From positions 59,458,001-59,522,000 of the forward strand of contig NC_043005.1 of assembly GCF_006345805.1 (NCBI RefSeq): a DNA stretch of 64,000 nucleotides, in the 5' to 3' direction. The notes beneath the pieces are model-generated. The model had not been told where the DNA came from, did not search any database, and was given only the letters and a program-made list of their open reading frames with translations. This document shows positions 28,098-41,723 of the stretch, one piece after another (position 1 is the first letter of the stretch; the number at the start of each line of letters is the position of its first letter). The translations under genes were made by a program, and so were the position numbers. The DNA comes from Octopus sinensis. Its lineage: Eukaryota.

Positions 28098-28567
28098 GAA
28101 TTGTCTATGTTGTCTACCATATCAATAAACAAAGTTAACCAATTTTCTCATACAGTTTTGATTTAAATTGTATTGATTAAATATCCTTAATATAGGTGAA
28201 AGCATTATGCTACAAAATCTGTTTTCTCTTACGCAGTACAAAGAGACAATATTATTCATTTCGTTTCCGTAATATGATTTGTATTACCATATAAAACACA
28301 GGAAGCTGTGTACAAATCACAATATAAACACAGGTCAAAAATATTCAATTACCTACGAAGAGAAAGGAAGCGAAAAACGTTTTTAATGCAATCTTATATT
28401 TATTACAAAATTTGACAATTATTATGACTTATATGCAATATAGAAATAATATTTATTGAATAACACCACTAGATTTGTTCGTATATATATATGCTTTCAG
28501 ATTAATATTCAAAGGTATGTATGATTCCACGTATGTTTCTTTATATATGTATATGTATGTATATCTA

Positions 28568-28711
<144 letters not shown>

Positions 28712-29173
28712 GCGAATGTTTCAAAAAAAGATGGGTAAATGTAGCAAGGAAGGCACGTATGAATGAGGAAGCCACCTTGAGCATAATCCTATGAACCCGG
28801 AAAAAATTAAGACAGAGAGTTACTTACTTGCAAACAAATATGTTAACATGTGACATTAATGACCGAGGTTACCGTGGTCTTTTCTGTAGGCTTTTCTTTC
28901 CACTGATAAACCTTATCTGCTTCCCCCTTGCGCTTTACATCATGACATTTCTGTGATACACGATCCCTATTGATCGTTTTCTTCTTTTCTTTTTTTTAAA
29001 TTTTTTTTCTTTTTACGATCCCTTTTGATCGAATACCTACTCCACTTTTTTTCTCCCCCAAAAGAAAATCTCTTCTTTGTAATTTGTCCCGTCTGTGTTA
29101 AGCCCTGTGTGGCTAATAAAGAAACATATCTATCTATCTATATATCTATCTATCTATATGTATGCATGCATGT

Positions 29174-29273
<100 letters not shown>

Positions 29274-29491
29274 GTGTATTATGCGTGCATATACATAAAT
29301 TTTACGTTTATATATAAAAATGCACACCAGTGTACATTGAACACTCACATACACACACACACACATATATAAATATATATACGTGTGCGTATACATATAT
29401 ACACATGCATGCATATATATATATATATGTGTGTATGTATGTGTTTATGTATATATTTATATATATATATATATATGTACATATATACATA

Positions 29492-29529
<38 letters not shown>

Positions 29530-30552
29530 AGTACACAGAAAATTAATAGAATGGTAGTATCAAACTGTTATGAATGTGAATATGAACTTCAATTAAGTGA
29601 AAGGAAGTACCCAATACTGTGAAGAGTAGAATATTATCTATTCAGAGTTACTTGGAATTTCTGGCTATTGGTCTTCAAGCTATACATTATAGCTTGCATT
29701 TAGCTTATTTCACATTGTTCAATTTCCCCTAGAATGAGCTAGAAGATATATTATGTATGATAATGGAGAATTTACGCAATTTCTCTATAAATAAGAAAAC
29801 CAAACATATAGACTTTTCTATATGTAAAAAAAAGGTTTTATTTTGAAACTCCTCTTTTCTCCCTAAAATTCAAGAGTTAAGGCAGCTACCTTCCTCTTTG
29901 CACAGGCCCCTGACCAGTGGAAAAAAAGCTGGAAATTATCATGTAAGAGGACACCTGACCTGCATGCTTAGAACAGAATATGTTTTGCTAAAGGCACTCG
30001 CGAGGTCATTGATTGTGTCAAAAAGAACTGCAGGTTTCCTAAACAAGCAGACCATTGTAGGGTTTGAATTTAAACCAATCAATAAAAAATGCATGAAAAT
30101 ATATCTTAAAATGTATGTTCTGGAGTGAGTGGAGAGTAGAGTTACTCCTTAATTACCATCACTTCCAGGTTTATTCTGATCCAGAATGGGAGTACCATTC
30201 AGAGTCCCATCTATAGATGACATAGATTTTTCAGGAATAGAGGCGGTTTCTATTAGTTTTGTCAAAGCCGTGGAGTAAGCAGCTCCTCTTGCAGAAAGAC
30301 TCTGACAAAACGTGCAGTTAAAATAGTACCAGCCATCTTGCAATGCTTGTCACTAGATCGTAGTATGGCGATAGAAAGGATGGCAAAAGTGTGGTACAAA
30401 GTTTTGTCACTTAAATCCATTGATGAACAGATGTCACGCTATCATTTAATTTTCTGATCTGCTTTGTAATTTGTAAAGTCATAAGGCGATAAACGGTGGC
30501 TGAAAATCAAGCATGCAAGAAAATCAGAGCTATCAAGCTGTGTATGATAGAC

Positions 30553-30697
<145 letters not shown>

Positions 30698-31112
30698 CAT
30701 CCATCCATCCAAACCTTTAAATCTCCCGCACCATGAAATAAACTACAATTACAATAATGTCTCCATGTCTATCTACTGGTTGCATTTCCATAAATTTTGT
30801 ACAGTCCATTTGCTAATTATGAACGCTGCATCTATTACGTTATTCCGAGCTCCCAGAATCTGTAGTCGAGTTGAGTCTTCTGTAATTTTTATACTCCATG
30901 TAAAAGTAAATTTATTTGTCAATATATATCAATATCTATGTACTTGTACATGTAATTCTTAAGTACCCCACCCGTGAAGGATCGATGCTTGTTGGGCCGA
31001 AAGAATTCTCGTATCTTCCATCTTCCGTCTCTCTCATTAACCATATATATATATATATATATGGAAAAAAGTCACGGTAGAAAATGCTAAAATAATTTTA
31101 TAAAAGACATTT

Positions 31113-31148
31113 GAGTACCGGTTTCAGTTATTGAGACATTTTCAACTG
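31113..31148 (-). ncRNA. Degenerate hammerhead-like motif, U3:A8 variant
   Basis: CAG-UUGAAAA-UGUCUCAAUAACU-GAA-ACCGGU-A-CUC: palindromic helix III, but weak helices I and II. Confidence 0.35.
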
Positions 31149-31994
31149 TAAGTATGGAAGACAATTAAATTTGGAAAAATTAAAAGAAAAGTTTTCTTCA
31201 AAGGATATTTGTATAGTGTTCAAATACAAGTGGCATTTTCCTTGTTTCTGCCTGTCTCTCTTGTTTACTCTTGTGGGTTCGAGGTCATAGCGATTCTTGG
31301 TAGGGAAGAAGAAGAAGAAGAAAAAGAAGAAGAAGAAGAAAAAGTAGAAGAAGAAGAATCTGGGTGTGCCATGTAATTGTTCAATTCATGAAACATCTCT
31401 TTTGAATGTTTTGTTTATAAAATTTGCGTAGGTGTTATTGTAAACAGCAATGGTGGTAAAGTTTGGAAGGAGAAGGAAGTAGACAAAGAAGAAGAAAGAG
31501 AAGGGAGAATAAGAAGGAATGTAGGTAGTGTGAAAGTAGTAAGGTGTTGAATGTTCAAATGACTTAAAATTGCCACTTAATGGATTATAGCAGTCATTGG
31601 GACTTATTTTTAATGAATTCTTGGGAATCTCTTGAGTGTATCATTTTAAATATTTGCGTGTGCATCTGTGTTATTCTAAGGCCATGGTGGATATGTCGTT
31701 TGTCGTAGACGCGTGCAAAATGGGTCTGTATTTTGTAATAAAGAGAGTCTCTTTACTAATTCGTTGGCTCTACGTTGTATCGTTCCTGAATTGGCTGAAT
31801 TGGAACTCTGATCCCTCAATTAAATTAACCCATATTCCACAGTTGGGTCTTCTGCTAATACTGCTATTACGGTCAACGATTCTAGTCAATGCACAAGACA
31901 GCCATTATGCACCCCACCACACAAAACACCACCACGTAGACTCTGTTGAGACTGGTAAAAAGCAATTATAAAACTTTTTATTACACTTTTAAAA

Positions 31995-32041
31995 ATATTT
32001 TTGATAAGGTTCGTTTTTTTCAAGAACCGAACATTTAATAT
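31995..32041 (+). ncRNA. Degenerate hammerhead-like motif, U3:A8 variant
   Basis: AUAUU-u-UUGAUAA-GGUUC(guuuuuuucaa)GAACC-GAA-CAUU-U-AAUAU: 5-bp helices I and II, A15.1 mutated. Confidence 0.35.
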
Positions 32042-32712
32042 CTCTAAGAAAATTATAATTTATCTTATATAGTGGCGTTTTCAAACTTCTTATATATATA
32101 TTATATATATATATATATATATATCATATATCCAAGCCGAATCCGATTCATGTATATCTGCATCACTATCCCTATATCAACTCACCTGGTTTACTCTTAT
32201 GGCCACTGTTGATCTAATCCTCGATAAAGACTTTGGGGTTTAAGTTCAAATCATTTCAGCATTACTACGTGTTCTCTATACTTATCATCTCTAGACCTCG
32301 CTTGTATATGCAAACATGTACACATACACACTCGCTAACACACAGACACAAACACACATGCACACAGGCGCACACGCACACACGTACATACGCACATTGC
32401 GATAACGTTGTAATACCTTATTGTATTTCCTCCTTTGGAATCTGACAATAGCGATCTGATATCGGCCTGAAGCTGTGACAACAATTCTCTTTCACTAATT
32501 TGCAAACTTTATGCTGTGCAGAAAACAGACACACGTGCACGAATACATGTTAATAATAGAAAAGTTACTTACTCAGGTGAAAAGGAATTTTGACGATGTA
32601 GATAAATGGATTCAAAGACATACCATGCCTTCCAAACTAAGAGACCCTGTACACACATACACACACATATGTATTCGTGAGTCAGGCATGTGTGTGTGTG
32701 TATACTTACATA

Positions 32713-32899
32713 CGCGGAGGTGCTGAAAAGTTCCTGGCCTTGATAAAATAAAATACTGGAACATCAGTTAATTAAAATTCACACACTTATTGCAGCGGTT
32801 CTTCGTTTTTCTAGGTCCTCTAAAACAACTCTCAATGCTGGGCCTCCAACGAGGCATTCCATGATGCCTTTAAAGCCAGGGACTTTTCAGCACACCCTC

Positions 32900-32900
<1 letters not shown>
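32713..32900. mobile_element. ~190-bp mariner-derived MITE
   Basis: TA|CGCGGAGGTGCTGAAAAGTTCCTGGC ... GCCAGGGACTTTTCAGCACACCCTCG: imperfect mariner-type TIRs, flanked by TA-rich sequence. Confidence 0.75.
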
Positions 32901-32948
<48 letters not shown>

Positions 32949-33092
32949 ACGTTGTTAGTATATAGCATTATTGACGAACTAATCTCCCACTTCTATACAG
33001 TAAGTAATAATACAAAAATACAACGTAGATCAAGTGCATCTAAGTAAGAATTATATATTATTATTATATTATTATTTTATCATCATCTCCAT

Positions 33093-33192
33093 NNNNNNNN
33101 NNNNNNNNNNNNNNNNNNNNNNNNNNNNNNNNNNNNNNNNNNNNNNNNNNNNNNNNNNNNNNNNNNNNNNNNNNNNNNNNNNNNNNNNNNNN
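33093..33192. other. Assembly gap (100 N)
   Basis: Run of exactly 100 N, probably a placeholder of unknown true size. Confidence 0.98.
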
Positions 33193-34550
33193 CGTGTGTG
33201 TATGTATGCGTGTGTGTATGTGTGTAAGTGTGTATGTATGTGTGTGTATGTAAGTGAGTGTGTATGTATGTATGTACGGGTGTATGTGTGGTAGTGTGTG
33301 TGTGTATGTATGTATATGTACGCGTGTATGTATGCATGTATGTATGTGTGTATTTTATGTATGTGTGTGTATGTATGTATGTGTGCATGTGTGTATGTGT
33401 GCATGTGTGTGTCTGTCTGTATGTATGTATGTATATGTATGTGTGTGTGTATGTATATATGTGTCTATGTATGTATGTGTGTATGTATGTGGGATGTGTG
33501 TGTGTATGTATGTGTGTGTGTATGTATGTATGTATGTAAGTGTGTGTGTATGTATGTCCGTATGTATGTGTATGTGTATGTATGTGTATACATGTATGTA
33601 TGTGTGCATGTGTGTATGTGTGTATGTGCGTGTGTATACGTATGTGTGTATATGTATATGTGTGTATGTATGTATATGTATGTGTGTGTGTATGTGTGTA
33701 TGTGTGTGTATGTATGTGTGTATGTGTGTGGTATGTATGTATGTATAAGTATGTGTGTGTATGTGTGTGTATGTGTGTATGTGTGTGTATGTGTGTGTGT
33801 ATGAGTGTGTATGTATGTTTGTGTGTGTGTATATGTGTGTATGTATGTGTGTATGTATGTATGTATGTATCTATGTGTGTACGTGTGTGTATGTATACAT
33901 GTATGTATGTGTGCGTATGTATGTGTGCGTGCGTGTGTGTGTGGGTATGTGTGTGTGTATGTATGTGTGTATGTATATGTGTGTGTATGTATTATGTATG
34001 TATGTATGTATGTATGTATGTGTGTATGTATGTATGCATGTGTGTGCATGAATGTATGTATGTGTGCATATGTGTATGTATGTGTATGTATGTGTGTATG
34101 CATGTATGTGTGTGTATGTGTGTGTGTGTATGTATGTATGAATGTATGTATGTATGTATGTGTGCGTGTATGTGTATGTATGTATGTATGTATGTATGAA
34201 TGTATCTATGTATGTATTATGTGTGTGTACGTATGTATGTCTGTGTGTGAATGTATACGTGTGGGGGTGTTTGGAGTTGTGTGGGCGTAAGGTACATGTG
34301 CGTGTGTGCGCTTACGTGCGTGTATCTGTGCGTCTCAGCTAGGTGTTTATAGGAGTGTGCGTATCTGTATGGGTATTGTCCCTGGTGTGTGTGCACGGGC
34401 ATGTGTGTGTGTGCGCGTGTGGGTGTGTGGGTGTGTGTATAGGTGTGGAAGTATGTGTGCGTACATGTGCATGTACGTTGTGTGTGTGTGGTGTGTTGGG
34501 AGTAGGTGTGTTCGTGGGTACGTGAGTGTGTGTGTGTGTGACTGCATAAG
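33193..34550. repeat. 1.35-kb degenerate (TG)/(TATG) low-complexity tract
   Basis: Source of the many C/V/Y/M and H/T/I spurious ORFs; directly follows the assembly gap. Confidence 0.95.
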
Positions 34551-34645
34551 GACAATTATAAAAATTTAAAAATATAAAATAAAAATAAATAATAATTAAT
34601 AAACAAAAATAAAAGATGCTAGTGGGGGCAAGTGGAGCGCAGTCA

Positions 34646-35100
34646 CTAAGAGAAGGGGGCTGTGTTGAGTCCGTGTGGGGTTAGAGTCTGTAGAAGGAAT
34701 ATGAACCGTTGCTCCAAGTGAAGCCTAGATTGTGGAGAGCCGTTGTGTGGGGCAAGACCAAACACCGAGATGTCATCGGGGGAATGGCTGGCCGAGCGGA
34801 AGTGACGTGCGATGGGAGAATTGGAAAGTAGACGAACATCCCTCAGATGCTCGGCGAATCGGTCTGACAACCGGCGTCCCGTCTGTCCTATATACAGCAT
34901 CTGCAGCGGTTGCATTTAATGCAGTATATGAGCCAGACGAGGTGCACGTAAAGGAATACCTGATACGTTACAGTTACGCCGGTGGGAACCGGTGACAGCA
35001 TTGGTGTTGTGGGTGATGAAGGGGCAGGTGTTGCAGCGGGATCTGGAGCATGGGAAGGATCTGATTGGGGCCGAGGAGAAGAAGGTTGAGGTGCTATACA
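34646..35100 (-). pseudogene. Penelope-like element linker + GIY-YIG endonuclease remnant
   Basis: FPCSRSRCNTCPFI, then via frameshifts FTCTSSG / LIYCIKCNRC / QMLYIGQTGRRLSDRFAEHLRD...RHFRSASHS...RLHLEQRFIFLLQTLTPHGLN. This is the Cys/His linker plus GIY-YIG typical of PLEs. Confidence 0.9.
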
Positions 35101-35282
35101 GAGAGAAAGAAAGAAAGAAAGAAGGAAGAGGAGAGATGATCATTTTGATGAGAGTATTAATATATATATATATATATATACATATAAAGATAAATAAATA
35201 TATATATAGAGATGCAGAGAAAAAGAAAGAGAGAGATGATGTTAATATCAACATAATCCTCGTCTCTCTCCTTTCTCTCTCT

Positions 35283-35316
<34 letters not shown>

Positions 35317-36438
35317 TGTTTGCATCTATATATACTTAATAGCTTGTGTCGAGCATAACTATATGTGTGTGTGTGTGTCTAAGAGAGTGCGTGATGACGT
35401 GTGTGTGTGAATTTGCGAACGTGTGTTTATATAAATAACATGCTAGAAATATAATATATATACATTGTCATTTATTCGTCATTCTTAAAAAGTTCTTTGT
35501 TATCGCATATACCAGGTTTCCATTTTCCATCTCCAGATATATGTTGAAGCCATTAAAGGGGAGTGCAATTGTAGTTTATCATGCTTTCCATACGATTTGA
35601 AACCTTGCAGTTAGTAGCTCTGTACTGCATAAACTCTATCGTCGTATTATTGAACTGTTTGTTCTCTCTTCTCAGCTATGTATATGCCGTTGTTGGCATA
35701 AGAAACATTATTGCATATACGGTCTAATGAGTTTCTTCGTGTTACCTACAACTAAAACGCGAAATCAAAAATGGTTTTATTCAATATACGCTTTTACATT
35801 TCAACACAAAATAAAGGCTTTACATATAGTTGTTTTTCTCATTTCCTCACACGGTGAAAAAAAAAAAAAAAAAGAGCATGTGATTTTCTCTAGCGAAAAG
35901 TGTAGAATTTATAACTTTAGATATGTTATTGCATCCTCGCCTCTTCGTTTTACTAGTAAACAGAAAGAAGCCAAAAAAAATGTTGCAAACAAATGAAATG
36001 CTAGAATATATGTATACAAACACTCACGCACATATATTTATACACAAACACTAACGCACACACACATATATCGTATATGGTAGTTGTTTATGAGGTGAGA
36101 ATTCGGTTTAAGTATAAAGTCTGTTGCATCGATGTTAAATTCTGTTACATTTTATGAATGTATGAAGTTCATGAAAAGAAGGAAGGAATTCTGTATATTA
36201 ATAATATAAACCGATTCTTATTTAACTTATTTAGATATATTCCTTACTCAGTATTACAGGGAAAACCGACAAAGTAACTTATAATTTTGGCACATTTCTA
36301 AAACGCATTTTGATATCTTGGACTTCGTATGTAGCAGCAACGGGTAAAAAACATAAATGATATTCATAGGCGAATATTAATTATGAAAAATGTAATGGTG
36401 ATGATGATGATGATGACGACGACGACGATAATAATAAT

Positions 36439-36473
<35 letters not shown>

Positions 36474-36663
36474 TGATGATGATGATAATAATAAAACTGT
36501 TACTTATATATATTTGCTCTACGCTGTATTTTTGTATTATTACTTATTGTATAGCAGCAGAAGATTCGTTCGTCGATAATGCTATATACTAACAACGTCT
36601 TACATGCTTCGTACAATAAGTTCGTTCATTATGAATATAGATTTATGGATTTATATATATTTA

Positions 36664-36821
36664 GGCGCAGGCGTGTGGTAAGAAGCTTGCTTCCTAACCA
36701 CATGGTTCCGGGTTCAGTCCCACTGAGTGTTACCTTTGACACGTGTTTTCTACTATAGCCCCAGGCCGACCAAAGCCTTGTGAGTTGATTTGGTAGACAG
36801 AAACTGAAAAGAAGCCCGTCG

Positions 36822-36862
<41 letters not shown>

Positions 36863-36985
36863 TGGTTCGATAAAAGAGACCGGTAAAATAAATACGAAGC
36901 TTACAAAGAATAAGTCTTGGGGTAGATTTCTTCGACTAAATGGTGGTGCTCCAGCATGGCCGTAGTCAAATGACTGAAAGAAATA
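36664..36985 (+). mobile_element. SINE family A
   Basis: GGCGCAGGCGTGTGGTAAGAAGCTTGC...GGTTCAGTCCCACTG...GCTCCAGCATGGCCGTAGTCAAATGACTGAAA. Confidence 0.85.
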
Positions 36986-38035
36986 AATGAATACATGCAC
37001 ATACGTAGATCCCTATTAATATGTATCCATGCGCGCGCTCGTGTATGTGTGTGTGTGTGTGTGTGTTGTTTCATTTGATCACTTTAACACTGCTTCGAAT
37101 TTTGTACCAAACTATCATGCAACTAATGACATAGCAAAGAAAGCTTTTCGAGTTAGTGACAAAATTATCTTTGACACTGAGTACCAGAACAGCGCTGGGG
37201 TATAATATATCTAGCAGATCCTAATTGCTTACACCTCATACATCGTTTAGCATCTGTTTTCATGTAATTTTTCAGGTACAACTTGATCTCGTAGCGACAT
37301 TGGAACACCCCCCCCCCCCATACACACACTTCTTTTGTTTTTCTATTATATTTCTTTACAGTGGGTTGTTGAAACGAGTTTATCCAATTTCTGATGTGAA
37401 TGCGACGTTCGGTGATTGACCAGCCAGTATTGAAATCCCTGAAATATCGAATGATCAGTTGTTTCATACATCTGAATAAGGATTGTTGTTAGATGTTCGT
37501 CCATTGCTGAAACTAGATTAAAAAATAAATTCAATGGAACAGCTTTTCAGTCTGCCTCCACTAATCACCTTTATAATTGTCTTTTATTTCAGCGATACCT
37601 ATTTCAAATGATACTTTTGCTTTGTAGATAATTTGTTTTCCTTAAAAATCTTCCATTAAACTGTCATGTCTCTCTTGTACAATTGCATTCAGTTGAATGG
37701 ACGCTGTTCTGATTCACCATTGAAAGTTTGCATATTATTTAGCTGAAGCTTACGGGGGTAATATTCGGGAAAGTTGTTTTCCACGCTTGTTTTGTTATTG
37801 CTCCTGGTTAACTAAAAAAATTGTTTCTTCCTTTATAGTCATAAGGTTGCAATATCTAGTAAATGTATTGGTTGAATGTTGTTCTATCTAAGAATATATT
37901 ACAGATATTTTTTTCTTTTCATATGCCAGATTCTTTTAAGCAAGAGGTTTATATACTCAAGCATGCTGGCCTACATGCTTGGTATTAACTGGTTTCTAGG
38001 TTATATGGCTATGTATGTATTTAATGTATGTGTTT

Positions 38036-38458
38036 GCTGTGTGGTAAGTAGCTTGCTAACCAACCACATGGTTCCGGGTTCAGTCCCACTGCGTGGTATC
38101 TTGGGCAAGTATCTTCTGCTATAGCCCCGGGCCGTCCAATGCCTTTTGAGTGGATTTGGTAGACGGAAACTGAAAGAAGCCCGTCGTATATATGTATATA
38201 TATATATATATATATAATATATATATATATATATGTGTTGTGTGTGTGTGGGGTGTTTGTGTGTCTGTGTTTGCCCCCCTAGCATTGCTTGACAACAGAT
38301 GCTGGTGTGTTTACGTCCCCGTCACTTAGCGGTTCGGCAAAAGAGACCGATAGAATAAGTACTGGGCTTACAAAGAATAAGTCCCGGTGTCGATTTGCTC
38401 GACTAAAGGCGGTGCTCCAGCTCGGCCGCAGTCAAATGACTGAAACAAGTGAAAGAGT
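38036..38458 (+). mobile_element. SINE family A
   Basis: GCTGTGTGGTAAGTAGCTTGC...TCAAATGACTGAAACAAGTGAAAGAG. Confidence 0.85.
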
Positions 38459-38465
38459 ATATATA

Positions 38466-38655
38466 TATAAAGTTAATCCAAACAAGAAAACACAAAAAAA
38501 CACAACAACGCGAGGACGTGGAACAAATATAGTATTATTGGACGCTCAGGAAAGAAGGGAAGAAGGAGGGTTTAACGTTTCGAGCGGAGCTCTTCGTCGG
38601 AAACATAGGAGAAGGAAAGATCCCGAGAAGGGAAGACAGAGGAAAAAAATCGCAT
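38466..38655 (-). mobile_element. Penelope-like terminal fragment, family E
   Basis: Nearly identical to 17527-17735; abuts the truncated mariner. Confidence 0.6.
38570..38604 (-). ncRNA. Minimal hammerhead-like motif, repeat family E (U4C core)
   Basis: GUUU-CCGACGA-A-GAGC(ucc)GCUC-GAA-ACGU-U-AAAC: helix I GUUU/AAAC. A near-identical copy lies at 17636-17670 (-). Confidence 0.55.
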
Positions 38656-38656
38656 A

Positions 38657-39493
38657 ATAGGCTCCTGTAATTGTGGTACCCTTTTCCAGGAAATCTGTCA
38701 TCACTACTCCGTCCTGGTCTCAGAAGACTGTGAGCATGACCTTGCCAGCGGAGGGCTGCACCCTTGTCTTCTTTGGAGGGAGTGAGTCACGGTGCTTCCA
38801 CTACATTGACTGGGCTTTGGTCTCTGGATCATCGTGATGGACCCAGGTTTCATCCTGTGTAATCAGTCTTTTGAAAAATTTTGACTCGTCTTCTTGGCAC
38901 ATCTCCAAATTCATCCTCGAGCCCTCGACGCGTTCTTGCTTCTGGAAAGGCGTGAGCAACCTGGGAATCCATCTGGCAGACACCTTTTGCATATGCAAAT
39001 GGTCATGTATGATAGTTTCCACAGACCCGGTACTAATCTTGACCTCATGGGCTATTTGGCGAATAATTATGCGTCGATCTTCCAAAATGGCAGCCTCAAC
39101 TTGACGGACAGATGCCTCATCAATGGCAGAAGGGGGCGACCAGATCTGGGAGCTGTTTCCACAGAGTTCCGACCATGTTTGAATTCACGATGCCAGCGTT
39201 TTACAAGGTCATATGATGGGGCATCATCACCATAAGTTACTTTCATTTCATCAAAAGTCTCCCGTGGTGTGCGTTCTTTTCAAATACAAAAACCGGATCA
39301 CTGCTCGACACTCAACAGGCTCCATTTCACACTTGACTCAGTTCAAACACCTGTAAATCAGAAACCACAATTAGGTCAGAGCTGTAATTTGTCACTTACT
39401 CTATAGAGATATAAATGATCGCACATGCAAAATTTCAGCTAGATCAAACAACTGCAAATGGGTCAGAGGCATTACTTATTGAACGTTCCTTCG
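38657..39493 (-). mobile_element. 5' half of a decayed mariner transposon (irritans/Himar1-like)
   Basis: Left TIR TA|CGAAGGAACGTTCAATAAGTAATGCC. ATG at 39325 gives MEPVECRAVIRFL...APSYDLVKRWHREFKHGRNSVETAPRSGRP, then EDRRIIIRQIA, SARWIPRLLT, FKRLITQDETWVHHDDPETKAQS, WKHRDS..SAGKVMLTVF. Frameshifts and stops present; truncated before the second catalytic Asp. Confidence 0.9.
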
Positions 39494-39961
39494 TATTTAT
39501 AGTTTACTATCTGTTTATCTAAGAAATACTATACGTTATAATTATCGTAGATCTATCTTTCCATATTTTATTTACGGAGTTCTTCCTTCGATAAACTACG
39601 TAAATAAAAGCCATTATGTTACTTTCAATAATCTTATATCAATAACAATAAAAAATGAGAGAAATTATTGTATGTTATCATTATATAATTTCTATATATT
39701 TTCTTTCAGTAATCATAAATATATAAAAAGTAGCGCATATAAATAAATAGTTAGTTGATATACTACAAAAACGTCATTTCGAAAAGGTTTAGGCATATTT
39801 ATAGAATAAATATTGCTTTACACTACTTACCCGTCTCTAAAACTAAATAAAACTCTGATACTTTATCATTTATATATTATTATTAATATATATCATTAAA
39901 ATGTCCAGTGATTATTTTCGATTTAGATATATTTAGATTAATATCATTGGAGATATATGGA

Positions 39962-40342
39962 TGGAAGCACTCCGTCGGTTACGACGACGAGGGTTCCGGT
40001 TGATCCGATCAACGGAACAGCCTGCTCGTGAAATTAACGTGTAAGTGACTGAACACTCCACAGACACGTGTACCCTTAACGTAGTTCATGGGGATATTCA
40101 GCGTGACACAGAGAGGGACAAGGCCGGCCCCTTTGAAAAACAGGTACAACAGAAACAGGAAGTAAGTGTGAGAGAGAGTTGTGGTGAAAGAGTACAGCAG
40201 GGATCACCACCGTCCCTGCCGGAGCCTCGTGGAGGTTTAGGTGTTTTCGCTCAATAAAGACTCACAACGCCCGGTCTGGGAATCGAAACCGCGATCCTAT
40301 GACCGCGAGTCCGCTGCCCTAACCACTGGGCCATTGCGCCTC
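39962..40342 (-). mobile_element. tRNA-derived SINE family C, full length
   Basis: Head GAGGCGCAATGGCCCAGTGGTTAGGGCAGCGGACTCGCGGTC..GGTTTCGATTCC; tail CCCTCGTCGTCGTAACCGACGGAGTGCTTCCA. Confidence 0.85.
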
Positions 40343-40832
40343 GACCATTGGAGATATATAACAACATTATTTAACTGTTGTAAATTTTCTTCACTTAATT
40401 ATTTTATCTATTTGAATTTTCTTGTTCTCTTATTGTACTTAATATGTATTTGAATTATTAACGCTCACACTCCTGAACTTAGGTATTTTGAATCAGTATT
40501 TTGTAAGCTGGCAGTTTTTACACGGAATTTCGCCTGTCTTTTGGAACCTCGAGGCTCAAGAGACTTGTATACATAAATATGAATTGTTCATAAATCAAAT
40601 AATGTATATAAGTCGAAAGAAATTGTTATTTTATCATATATTATATATTATATTATTTTATAATGTAAATAATTGTTAGACTGTCAATTGTATTTCTCTA
40701 TTTGATTTATAATTCGTAATTTGTATTTATATCCCTATTTCTGTGGTATTCAACTACCGTACAAGTGAATAGGTTGTTTTAAACCTCTCTGAAGGAAACG
40801 GCTTTCCTTCATTTGTTATATCATAATATATA

Positions 40833-40889
<57 letters not shown>

Positions 40890-40995
40890 GGAGTTAACAC
40901 ATAAATGGGAAACAAGGTGAAAAAAAGAGTACTCAAATACCAGTGGTAGAGTAATATGCTTTATTTAAAACAGCAGAAAATTGCTTTAAATAAAG

Positions 40996-41063
<68 letters not shown>

Positions 41064-41071
41064 TGTATACA

Positions 41072-41127
<56 letters not shown>

Positions 41128-41239
41128 TAGATAGATATATAGATATATATATATGTGTGTGTGGATATATATATGTGTGGATATATATATATATATATAG
41201 TATATATATATATATATATATATATATGCATGTATGTAT

Positions 41240-41430
41240 GTAGGGAGAGTTTACGAAAAGAACAAAAGACGAAGACAGGTGGTGTACAAAACAAACAGAT
41301 GTATTAGTATAACGCTCAGGAATAGAACAAGTCTTTTACGTTTCGAGCCTACGCTCTTCTACAGAAAGGGACACAGAAAAACAAGGAAAGAAACAAGGAG
41401 TGAAAAATGTGTGTAGTGGCTAATGATCTA
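41240..41430 (-). mobile_element. Penelope-like terminal fragment, family D
   Basis: Same sequence as 19315-19520, next to a long (TA)n/(TATG)n tract. Confidence 0.6.
41333..41368 (-). ncRNA. Minimal hammerhead-like motif, repeat family D (A6U core)
   Basis: CUUU-CUGUAGA-A-GAGC(guag)GCUC-GAA-ACGU-A-AAAG: helix I CUUU/AAAG, palindromic helix III ACGU, GUA cleavage triplet. Confidence 0.55.
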
Positions 41431-41689
41431 TCATGCATACATATATGTACCTACCTACATATATATGTAATTATACATGCAGATATGGGTACAGGACGTC
41501 AGAAAACGAGAACAAAACGAAAAAGGAGACCCCCCCCCCAAAAAAAAAAAAAAAACAAAAACATGGAAAACGATCTTTTGGTTTTGAACAACGTAAACAG
41601 CAAATAGAAAAACGAGACAGGCAACATAAAGAACAATCCCTTTATCAGTTGTCCCCTGTTTTATCTACTCCACACACACACACACACAC

Positions 41690-41723
<34 letters not shown>

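Noticed and set aside
30149-30460. GC-richer segment with short ORFs (possible DIRS or other retroelement remnant)
   Set aside because: No diagnostic motif recognisable; needs tBLASTx.
30963-31045. Repeat shared with ~53450-53540 containing CCACCCGTGA...CGAAA..AATTCTCGT
   Set aside because: Real two-copy repeat, but the core lacks a nucleotide and helix II is poor, so not counted as a ribozyme.
33034-34569. Many long ORFs rich in C/V/Y/M or H/T/I
   Set aside because: Translations of a (TG)/(TATG) low-complexity tract. The same applies to all IY-, LSIY-, CV- and RE-repeat ORFs in the track.
37165-37534. ORFs with KRCMRCKQLG (possible zinc knuckle)
   Set aside because: A single weak Cys motif; insufficient for a call.
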